Shown here: piece by piece, positions 18,102-29,099 of the stretch
How the letters are laid out: each line of letters opens with the position of its first letter
Position numbering within the stretch: position 1 is the stretch's first letter
DNA from: Candidatus Acutalibacter pullicola
GTDB taxonomy: Bacteria > Bacillota > Clostridia > Oscillospirales > Acutalibacteraceae
DNA length: 64,000 nucleotides
Reading direction: 5' to 3'
NCBI GenBank assembly: GCA_019320095.1
Contig: DWXG01000004.1
Coordinates: forward strand, 11,678 to 75,677
Position numbers and translations under genes: made by a program
The notes under the pieces: model-generated
What the model was told of the DNA's origin: nothing
What the model saw: the letters and a program-made list of their open reading frames with translations, nothing else
Databases searched by the model: none

Positions 18102-21100
18102 TTAACTGAAATACCAGCTGTCGAACAGCTCCAAGGCATCGGCGTACTCCCGGGTGGTGGGGGCGCCGGAAAGCACCGGGAAATACACCGCAAACAGCAC
18201 CAGACAGCCTGCTGCAAACACACAGAGGGCCAACGTGGAAGCCGAGCAGGACAAGCCTCCCGGGAACGAGAGCCGCCGGGTAAAGAGGCCCCGTTGGGAC
18301 AGCAGCCAAAAAACTCCGCACAGGGCCACCACCAGGAAGGGCACCGCCGTGAAGTAGTGGTAGATAAAGGTGAGCCGGGGCACCAGCACCCAAGGCAGGT
18401 AGACGCTGCCAAAGCCTGCCAGCACCACGCCGGCCCAGCGAAACCGCTCCCGGCTCCAGAAATAGGCCGCCGCCCCCAAGGCGGGCAGGCCCGCCCACCA
18501 AAGCAGAGGGTTGCCAAAGGCGGAAATGGTGCTGTACCCCTGGGAGGTGTCATGGGCAAAATACCAGATGGGGCGCACATCCAGAGGCCACTCGTACCAA
18601 GGGGAAGCAAACGCGTGGGTGGCCACCAGCTGGGAATGGTAGGAAAACATGGTCACCTGGTAATTCCAGAAGGCTCCCCATACATCTCCCACATTGTGCG
18701 GCAGGGTGGTGATCGGCAGAAAGGCGGCAAAGTAGATGCCGAAAGGCAAAGCCAGGAAGAACAGGCAGCACCAGCCGCACAACTTGCCAAAACGGACCAA
18801 GATCGGCCGCAGCTCTTCTCCCCGGCGGCGGGCCTCCCGGCCGGCACACAGCAGCTTGCCAAAAAACAGGACTGCCAGCCCCAGGGCCCCGTAGGCCGCC
18901 GTCCACTTGGAGGCCACTCCCAACCCGGTGAACACCCCGCAGGCCAGCAGCGGAGGCAGCAGGCGCTTCCAGCTGTCGGTCAGAGGATCCCTCTTCACAA
19001 AGGCCACCATGGCGTCGTACATCAGCAGCAGGAAGAACACTGCGTAGGTGTCGATGGTGGCAATGCGGGTCTGGGTAAAGTGCATGAAGTCAAAGGCAAA
19101 CAGCAAGGTGCCCGCCAGGCAGATTCGGGTGCGCCCAAAGAGCTGGTGGAGCAGGTGATAGAGAACCGGGAGCATCAACACCCCAAACAAGGTCCCCACG
19201 CAGCGCCAGCCAAAGGGGTTCATTCCAAACAGGCGGATCCCCAGGGAGATGAACAGTTTGCCCAGGGTGGGATGGGTGTTCTCATAGGGCTCCAGGCCCA
19301 GAATGTGTTCATAGGCCGTGCGGGCGTGGTAGATCTCGTCAAAGTAGGTGGAATTTTCGTAGGTGGACTCCAGAGGAACCACCTGCTGCTCGTCTGTCAG
19401 GGTCTCCCCTCCTACCTGGGACGTGACCTCCGCCAGCACCGGCGTACCGGTATAAAACAGGGAAGCCTCGTTGAGGGTGACGGATCCGTCCAAGGCAGTC
19501 AGGCGCACATACCGTCCCGGGGTGGAAAGGGGAAACTCCTTCCAGGCAAAGACGCTGCCGTCGGTGAGCACGCCGCAATCGGTCCAGGAGACCCCGTCTT
19601 GGCTGGTCTCCACCTGGACGTTGACCCCCACCCGGGCGGCGTAGTGGCTGTCGTCCGGGGCAATGCCCGGCAGATAGGTCAAGGTATCGCATTCCCCATC
19701 GGCTGCAAGCACGGCGCTCTCCCCTTGGGAGGGAGTCCAAGGGGTCACCGCCGTCTGGGTATCTCCCAGGCGGAAAAAGGCAAAGCAGGCGTACACCAAT
19801 GTGAGGAGAACCAGCACTCCCCAGTCTTTACGGCCCATAGGGCCGGGCACGGGCGTGGTATCCTCCCAGGGCCTGGAAACCGGCACTTGGGCCGGGCAGA
19901 GTTTGCCCCGCAAAAACACCCGGCAGCCCACCCAAAGCAGATAGCCAATGGCCGCCAGCTGCAAAACAGAGAGGAAACGAGTCAGGGCCGTGTTGGGATC
20001 GTAGTTGTTGTAGTACTCCCGGAACTGCCACAACACAAAGGCCACGTTCCAGTAATGGACGGCGCTGGCGGCGCCAAAGGCCCGCAGAAACCCCCGATCC
20101 TCCACAAAGAGGGAGGCCACCAACAAAAACAGGAAGGCAGGGAACAAGTAGCGCTCGTGCATCTTCACAGAGAAGGCGTACACCACCCCCATGAGCAGAG
20201 CGGGGCTGTACAGAACCGCCGCCTTGTTCTTGGAGCCCAGCACCAACACCCCGCACAGAGCTGTGGCCAGCACCGGCGCCGCCAGGTCCAGCAGATCTCC
20301 CGGCAAACCGGCGGGCAAAGTCTTCCAGTTCCAGCCCAGCAGGCTCCAGAAGTTGTACGCGTTGACCGAGTAGTAGTTGTAATAGTCCAACGTGGACTGG
20401 TACCGCTCCAGCAGCCAGAGGAAGTTAAACCCTTTGGTAAAGGGCAAGGCCACCACCAGCACGGCGGCCACCGCCGCCAACACCCCCAAAACCAGCATGC
20501 CCCACCGGCGGCGTTTGCCGGTAAAAAACAGGTAAGCCGGGGCGAAAATGAGCATCTGGGGCTTGCAGGCAATGGACAGCCCGTACAGAAGGGCTGCGGG
20601 AAGGTACCGCTCTTTGTAAAGCAACAGCAAGGAGGTGAGCACAATGGCCGTACAGAAGGAGTCCGCCTGCCCCCACTGGGCGGAATTCAACAGCACCGCC
20701 GGGCAGAAAAGGTAGACCCCTGAAAGGAACAGGGCGGTCTTCTCCCCCCGCTTCCTGCGGGCCACAACCAACAGCACCCAGGCGCAGTAAAGGTCCGCCA
20801 ACAGGGAGGGCAGCTTGATCAGCAAGGTGTAGGCCTGGCTCTCCACAGACAGGCCCAGCAGCAGGCGGATTCTGTCCAACAGGGCCAGTACATAGAGATA
20901 ACCCGGGGGATAGTCCAAGAAAACATCCTGCTCATAGAGTTCCGAAAAGCCCACCTGGTTTGCCAGGCTGGCCCAGGACTTGAAGGTGTCCGTATCAGTG
21001 GTAAAGCCCTGGGAAGAATAACCCAGCCAGAGCCGAAGGGCCAAAGCCGCCCCAAACAACAGGGAAGCCCACAGCACAAAGGTGGTCCGGGAGAGGTGCT

Positions 21101-21176
21101 CCCGAGAAAATTTGCGGCCTGCCAGAAGGAATACACCGCCCCCCAGCACACCGGCCGTCAGCGCGCCAACGCCCAT
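18102..21176 (-). CDS. GT-C glycosyltransferase fusion: GT87/PIG-M-like domain, discoidin-like domain and GT39 protein O-mannosyltransferase domain
   Basis: N-terminal half has DYPP, IKLP, WGQAD, KPQ, MHERY; C-terminal half has YFDEIYH, HPTLGK, PFGWR, RIATID, SKW, SPWYEWP, GNP, FIYHY. Confidence 0.8.
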   Translation of the reverse strand: MGVGALTAGVLGGGVFLLAGRKFSREHLSRTTFVLWASLLFGAALALRLWLGYSSQGFTTDTDTFKSWASLANQVGFSELYEQDVFLDYPPGYLYVLALLDRIRLLLGLSVESQAYTLLIKLPSLLADLYCAWVLLVVARRKRGEKTALFLSGVYLFCPAVLLNSAQWGQADSFCTAIVLTSLLLLYKERYLPAALLYGLSIACKPQMLIFAPAYLFFTGKRRRWGMLVLGVLAAVAAVLVVALPFTKGFNFLWLLERYQSTLDYYNYYSVNAYNFWSLLGWNWKTLPAGLPGDLLDLAAPVLATALCGVLVLGSKNKAAVLYSPALLMGVVYAFSVKMHERYLFPAFLFLLVASLFVEDRGFLRAFGAASAVHYWNVAFVLWQFREYYNNYDPNTALTRFLSVLQLAAIGYLLWVGCRVFLRGKLCPAQVPVSRPWEDTTPVPGPMGRKDWGVLVLLTLVYACFAFFRLGDTQTAVTPWTPSQGESAVLAADGECDTLTYLPGIAPDDSHYAARVGVNVQVETSQDGVSWTDCGVLTDGSVFAWKEFPLSTPGRYVRLTALDGSVTLNEASLFYTGTPVLAEVTSQVGGETLTDEQQVVPLESTYENSTYFDEIYHARTAYEHILGLEPYENTHPTLGKLFISLGIRLFGMNPFGWRCVGTLFGVLMLPVLYHLLHQLFGRTRICLAGTLLFAFDFMHFTQTRIATIDTYAVFFLLLMYDAMVAFVKRDPLTDSWKRLLPPLLACGVFTGLGVASKWTAAYGALGLAVLFFGKLLCAGREARRRGEELRPILVRFGKLCGWCCLFFLALPFGIYFAAFLPITTLPHNVGDVWGAFWNYQVTMFSYHSQLVATHAFASPWYEWPLDVRPIWYFAHDTSQGYSTISAFGNPLLWWAGLPALGAAAYFWSRERFRWAGVVLAGFGSVYLPWVLVPRLTFIYHYFTAVPFLVVALCGVFWLLSQRGLFTRRLSFPGGLSCSASTLALCVFAAGCLVLFAVYFPVLSGAPTTREYADALELFDSWYFS

Positions 21177-21261
21177 ACGATCCCGCCTTTCCCCATCTAT
21201 TTGTCAGGAAGCCGCTGAAAGAAAGCATTTCCCCATTGACTCCCGGAGAAAATCATTGTAA

Positions 21262-24330
<3,069 letters not shown>

Positions 24331-24344
24331 ATTTCCTTCCAGAA

Positions 24345-24379
24345 AAAAGGGACTGTTGCTCGTTGCAACAGTCCCTTTT
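24345..24379. terminator. bidirectional terminator between lacZ and purC
   Basis: AAAAGGGACTGTTGC-5-GCAACAGTCCCTTTT. Confidence 0.85.
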
Positions 24380-24480
24380 GGTTTGTCTGAGGGAACCGGC
24401 TCCCTCTGCCGCCTTGGCAAGGCCGGCAAAAGCCCTTGTCTCTCCAGAGAGTGGAGTGATCAAAGGAGCGCGCCCTTTTC

Positions 24481-25332
24481 TCACTTCTGGGGCACCAGCA
24501 GCTCCAGGCACTCCAGATATTTCTCCCGGGTTTTGGCCACCACGTCCCCCGGCAGTTCCGGGGGAGGGGTGACGCCGTCCAGGTGGTTCTCGGTGAGCCA
24601 ATCCCGCAGGTACTGCTTGTCATAGCTCAAGGGAGAGGTGCCCACCTGATATTCCGCCTTGTTCCAGAACCGGCTGGAGTCGGGAGTGAGAACCTCGTCG
24701 GCCAACACCAGCTGGCCGTCCTCGTCCAGACCAAACTCAAACTTGGTGTCCGCAATGAGGATGCCCCGTTTCTCCGCGTAGTCGAAGCAGGTCTCATAGA
24801 CCTTCATGCAGGTCTCTTCCAGTTGGCGGGTCAGCTCCTCGCCCAGCTCCCGCACCATGTCCTCGTGGGTGACGCTGTACTCGTCATGGCCCTCGGTGGC
24901 CTTGGTGGAGGGGGTGAGGATGGGCTTTTCCAGCTTTTGGGCCAACTGGTAGTCTCCGGTGATCACCTGGCCGCAGAAGGGTTCCTGGGCCTTATAGGCT
25001 TTCCACATGGAGCCAAACATGTATCCCCGGATGATGAACTCATAGGGGAGCATTTTCAGCTTTTTCACCAGCATGACCCGGTCCTGGTACATGGGCTTTG
25101 CAAACTCCTCCGGCATATCCTTGGAATCGGTGGAGATCACGTGGTTTTTCACAATGTCCTTGGTCAAATCAAACCACAGCAGGGAGAGCTGGTTCAGTAC
25201 CCGGCCCTTGTCCGGCACCGGCGTGGGCAGGATCACATCAAAGGCCGAGACCCGGTCGGTGGTATAGATGACCAGTTCCTTGTCAGAGACCTCATAGATC
25301 TCCCGCACTTTGCCGCTTCCAATTTTTTTCAT
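24481..25332 (-). CDS. purC: SAICAR synthetase
   Basis: SGKVREIY, TDRVSAFD, TPSTKA, ADTKFEFG, DEVLTPDSSRFW, SYDKQ. Confidence 0.95.
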   Translation of the reverse strand: MKKIGSGKVREIYEVSDKELVIYTTDRVSAFDVILPTPVPDKGRVLNQLSLLWFDLTKDIVKNHVISTDSKDMPEEFAKPMYQDRVMLVKKLKMLPYEFIIRGYMFGSMWKAYKAQEPFCGQVITGDYQLAQKLEKPILTPSTKATEGHDEYSVTHEDMVRELGEELTRQLEETCMKVYETCFDYAEKRGILIADTKFEFGLDEDGQLVLADEVLTPDSSRFWNKAEYQVGTSPLSYDKQYLRDWLTENHLDGVTPPPELPGDVVAKTREKYLECLELLVPQK

Positions 25333-25397
25333 GGATATCTTCCTTTCTTCTCATCTCTCGGGGAAACTCCCCGTTTCTTCTTTATGAAATACGCATT

Positions 25398-25742
25398 TTA
25401 AGCGAATACCCCTTGCAAAAGCAGCCCCACTCCACAGGAAAACCCGTTGAGGCCCAAAGAGCACAGGGCCGCCTTTTTCCAGGGCCAGCCCGCCAGCAGC
25501 CGGTAGACAAAGGCCTCTGCAGCCACCACCAGAAGCTCCAGGCACACCAGGGCCGGGAGATACATCCCCGCCCCCTGCCACAGCACCAGCAGGGCCATCA
25601 GCAAATTGGCCGCCGGATTGGTCAGCAGGTTACACAGGAAGCTGTACCACACCAGCTTCTTGTCCCTGGGAAAAACCCAGAGGGCCCCGCCTTCCAAAGC
25701 CACTGTGAGCAGCAGGTTGGTCAAAAGCCTGCCCAGGGTCAT
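25398..25742 (-). CDS. hypothetical 4-TM membrane protein (114 aa)
   Basis: ATG overlaps the upstream TGA; four hydrophobic helices carrying TVALE, NLLTNP, ELLVVAAE and NGFS. Confidence 0.75.
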   Translation of the reverse strand: MTLGRLLTNLLLTVALEGGALWVFPRDKKLVWYSFLCNLLTNPAANLLMALLVLWQGAGMYLPALVCLELLVVAAEAFVYRLLAGWPWKKAALCSLGLNGFSCGVGLLLQGVFA

Positions 25743-25891
25743 TTGCGGCGGTTTTTCCAAATGCGCAACACCAGCAGGCCTGCTACCACCACGCAAATGC
25801 ACACGATCAACGTGAATATGGGCAGCCAGGCTGCCAACTGCTCTTCCTCCGGCGAAACCGTCACAAGGTCCAAAAGCATCCAAAGTTTCAC
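25739..25891 (-). CDS. small single-TM protein (50 aa, MKLWMLLDLVTVSP...)
   Basis: AGGAGG RBS then GTG overlapping the upstream TGA; TM helix then a basic tail (RIWKNRRK); its stop overlaps the next ATG. Confidence 0.7.
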   Translation of the reverse strand: MKLWMLLDLVTVSPEEEQLAAWLPIFTLIVCICVVVAGLLVLRIWKNRRK

Positions 25892-26073
25892 AACCGGTCC
25901 TCCTCTCGTTTTTCCCTCTCCGAGCGCTCCTCTTTCCGGGGAGCCTGTTTCCTCCGTTCCCGGCGGATCAGCGCCACGGCGGCCGCCACCAAGACCAGGA
26001 CCACCAGAAGAATCCAGCCCGCGTGTTCCATCAAAGCCAACGGCCAAGCGACCACGTCCAACAGACGGTTCAT
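25888..26073 (-). CDS. small single-TM protein (61 aa, MNRLLDVVAWP...)
   Basis: AAAGGAG RBS then ATG overlapping the upstream TGA; TM helix then RRERRK and a charged tail. Confidence 0.72.
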   Translation of the reverse strand: MNRLLDVVAWPLALMEHAGWILLVVLVLVAAAVALIRRERRKQAPRKEERSEREKREEDRL

Positions 26074-27128
26074 ACGCCACTCCTTTCCGCCCGCCCCCGG
26101 GAGGACAGGGCCACACACAGCGCAGAGATGCCTATTCCCACCCCGGCAACTACCAGAGCCGGGCCTTCCTCCAGGGGGATCCCGTAGAAGGGCAGCATGC
26201 CCACAAACAGGAACTGGGCCGTCAGCCCGAAGGCCAACCCGGGGGATTCCGGCAGCTTGGCTGCCAGCACCCCCAAAGAGACCGGCATGGTCATGTTGAA
26301 GCACACCAGCCCCACCAGGGACAGCACCGGAGATTCCCAACCCAGACACAGCAGGGGCAGGGAGAGCGCCAGAGCCGCCGTACCCACCAGCCGGGGGCTG
26401 CTCCAATCGGCCAGAAAGCCGCCCAGCGCCTTGCCCAGACAGGAGGCAATCCCCGCAGCCAGAGCCAAAAGGCCGGTTTTCCAGGGCATGGGCACCAGGG
26501 CTCCCACATACGACCGCAAGGCCACAGAGACCAGCGCCAAGCCCACCACCCACCAAAAAGGCAGGCGAGAGGCAGCGTGAAAGGCAGTCCTTCCCGCCGG
26601 AGCAGGACAGGGCGTTCTCCAGCAGCTCCAGGCGCACAGGCCCAGCAGCAGGGAACACACCACGCACAGCCAGGGGCTGGAAGAGAAACCTCCCATCAGA
26701 GCGCCACAAGAGACGCCTACCGCCCCTGCGGAGACGAACACACCGCCCTCGCGCAAACGGCCTTCTGCCAGCAAAAGCACGTCCCTGCCGCCCCCGGGGT
26801 GGAACAGGGCGTTTCCCAGGGCGCACACCACCAGGGCGGGCCATCCCCACCCAAAGGCGGCCAAAAGCCCGGCAAGGGCAACCAGCAAACAGCCTCCAAC
26901 GGCCCCCAAACGAGGCAGGAACCGGTCGCACAGGGCGCCGGTCAAGGGCTGCAGAGCAAAGGCCAGCAGGTTGTACCAAAGGACTCCCGCTCCTGCGGCG
27001 CCTGGGGCGTTGGGAACGAACACGCCCACCACGAAAAAGGCGCAGGCGAAATCCACCCCAAAGTGGGACCAGGTCCGGGCCGCCAGCAGGGCAGCCCCTC
27101 TGCCCCCGGAAGCAAGCCGGCGGGTCAC
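26070..27128 (-). CDS. MFS-like membrane protein (Fsr-like)
   Basis: AGGAG RBS then GTG overlapping the alr stop; about 12 TM helices; HFGVD, QPLTGALCD, GNALFHPGG, GGFLAD, FNMTMP. Confidence 0.7.
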   Translation of the reverse strand: MTRRLASGGRGAALLAARTWSHFGVDFACAFFVVGVFVPNAPGAAGAGVLWYNLLAFALQPLTGALCDRFLPRLGAVGGCLLVALAGLLAAFGWGWPALVVCALGNALFHPGGGRDVLLLAEGRLREGGVFVSAGAVGVSCGALMGGFSSSPWLCVVCSLLLGLCAWSCWRTPCPAPAGRTAFHAASRLPFWWVVGLALVSVALRSYVGALVPMPWKTGLLALAAGIASCLGKALGGFLADWSSPRLVGTAALALSLPLLCLGWESPVLSLVGLVCFNMTMPVSLGVLAAKLPESPGLAFGLTAQFLFVGMLPFYGIPLEEGPALVVAGVGIGISALCVALSSRGRAERSGV

Positions 27129-28327
27129 CGGTTTTCTTCTCCTAAAAGGGCGTTGTAGATGCTGTCCACCCGGCCGTTTTTCCAATAGACCCGGGGCACC
27201 CGTTTGGAAAGGCCGCAGACCACCTCGTAATTGATGCTGCCTTCCAAGGCGGCCAGTTCATCGGCGGTGATGGCCTCTTCCCCATCCTGTCCAATCAGGG
27301 TGACCAGGTCGCCCACTTGAACCTCCGGCAGCTGGGTCACATCCGCCATAAGCTGGTCCATGCATACCCGGCCCAAAATGGGGCAGCGCTTGCCCCCAAT
27401 GAGCACCTGGGCCCCTTTGGCGGAAAGGATGCGGGGATAGCCGTCCGCATAGCCCACCGGCACGGTGGCCACCCGCATCTCCTGCTGGGCGGTAAATTTC
27501 CGGCCATAGCTGACGGTGGCTCCAGGCAGGACGGTCTTCACGTGGGAGACCACCGACCGGAGAGAGAGCACCGGCTGCAGCTGGGGACGGTTGCGCACCT
27601 CTTCCGAAGGGTACAAGCCGTACAGGACAATTCCGGCCCGCACCATATCCAAATGGGAGAGGGGGTAATCGAACACGGCGGCGGAGTTGGCGCAGTGGCG
27701 CACCGCAAAGTGGATTCCCTCCCGCTCCAGGGACTCGATCATCTCCTTAAAACAGCCGAACTGCCGCATAGTGAAGGCGTCCCCCGCCTTTCCCTCGTCG
27801 GAGACGGCAAAGTGGGTGAAAATGCCTTCCGGGAACAGCCCCGGCAGAGAGCAGGCTTGTTTCACCTGCTGCACCGTGGCCTCGTCCCGGCTGATGTCCT
27901 GATAGTAGAAACCCAGGCGGCTCATGCCGGTGTCAATCTTCACATGGATGCGCACCGTAGCTCCCGCCTGTTGGGCATACTGGGACAATTCCCGGGCGTA
28001 GTCCAAACTGTACACGCACTGGGAGATGGCGTATTTTGCCAAAGACGCAGCCTCTTCCGGCGGGGTGTACCCCAACACCAAGACAGGCCGCTGGATGGCC
28101 GCCAGCCGCAGCTGCAAGGCCTCCTCCAAATTGGAGACGGCAAACCAGTCCGCCCCCAGGGTTTCCAGCTCCTGGGCCATGCGCACGGCCCCGTGGCCGT
28201 AGGCGTCCGCCTTGATGACGCAGCACACCTTAGCGTTTGGATTGGCAGCCTGGCGCACCGCGGCAAAATCTCGGGCCAGGGCGTCTAGATCAATTTCCGC
28301 CCAGGTCCGGCGCAATATTTCTTTCAT
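27125..28327 (-). CDS. alr: alanine racemase
   Basis: VIKADAYGHG (PLP lysine), HVKIDTGMSRLG, HCANSA, VRAGI.LYG, SYG, GYADG, GRVCMDQ. Confidence 0.97.
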   Translation of the reverse strand: MKEILRRTWAEIDLDALARDFAAVRQAANPNAKVCCVIKADAYGHGAVRMAQELETLGADWFAVSNLEEALQLRLAAIQRPVLVLGYTPPEEAASLAKYAISQCVYSLDYARELSQYAQQAGATVRIHVKIDTGMSRLGFYYQDISRDEATVQQVKQACSLPGLFPEGIFTHFAVSDEGKAGDAFTMRQFGCFKEMIESLEREGIHFAVRHCANSAAVFDYPLSHLDMVRAGIVLYGLYPSEEVRNRPQLQPVLSLRSVVSHVKTVLPGATVSYGRKFTAQQEMRVATVPVGYADGYPRILSAKGAQVLIGGKRCPILGRVCMDQLMADVTQLPEVQVGDLVTLIGQDGEEAITADELAALEGSINYEVVCGLSKRVPRVYWKNGRVDSIYNALLGEENR

Positions 28328-28738
28328 ATAAACTCACCTCCTGGGCGATATTTCCCGATCCTGTCTAGGCGGGATTGCGACCTCCATGCCCCACAGGGAA
28401 ACTCGCGGAAGAAATCGCCCCAGCGGTTTCTTCTTCCCAGGTCCCTCTCACGATTTTCTTTCATACGAACTCATCTCCTGGGCGACGTTTCCCGATCCTG
28501 CCTGAGCGGGATCTCAACATCCAAGGCCCCACAGGGAAACTCGCGGAAGAAACCGCCCCGGCGGTTTCTTCTTCCCAGGTTCCTCTCACGATTTTCTTTC
28601 ATACGAACTCATCTCCTGGGCGACGTTTCCCGAGCCTGTCTAGGCGGGATTGCGATCTCCATGCCCCACAGGGAAACTCGCGGAAGAAACCGCCCCAGCG
28701 GTTTCTTCTTCCCAGGTCCCTCTCACGATTTCTTTCAT
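28317..28738. repeat. three ~137-bp tandem repeats directly upstream of alr
   Basis: TTTCTTTCAT recurs with CAT ending at 28327, 28464, 28602 and 28738 (periods 137, 138, 136); units are near-identical and each holds a GAAGAAACCGC-4-GCGGTTTCTTC hairpin. Confidence 0.95.
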
Positions 28739-29099
28739 GAAAATGGGCTCTCCCTTGCCAAGCCCCGGGGAAGCTGGCAAAGAACGCACCTTTCTGCCGA
28801 AAGGCACCTTTTCCCTTCTTTCTTACAGGAAAAAAGCAAAGAATTGCGGGTGTTCCCCCGGAGCAAATCGCACCTGTTCTGACCGGCAGCCGGCATGGCG
28901 GCTTCTTGCCTGAGACCTGGGACGCGCGGCGCCCTCTGGAAGAGCACCAGCGAAGCGAGCGTCTCACCTGCCGGCTCGGGTGACGCAGCCCAGCGGGCTG
29001 CGTCCATCACCGACCGACGCGGCAGCGGAGACCGGTCCGGGACGGTCCCCACTGGGGACCAGGACCTAAAAGGGCGAAGGGTCCCCTCCGGGCACAGCC

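Noticed and set aside
28317-28738. CRISPR array
   Set aside because: Units are ~137-bp head-to-tail repeats with no unique spacers, and there are no cas genes in the window
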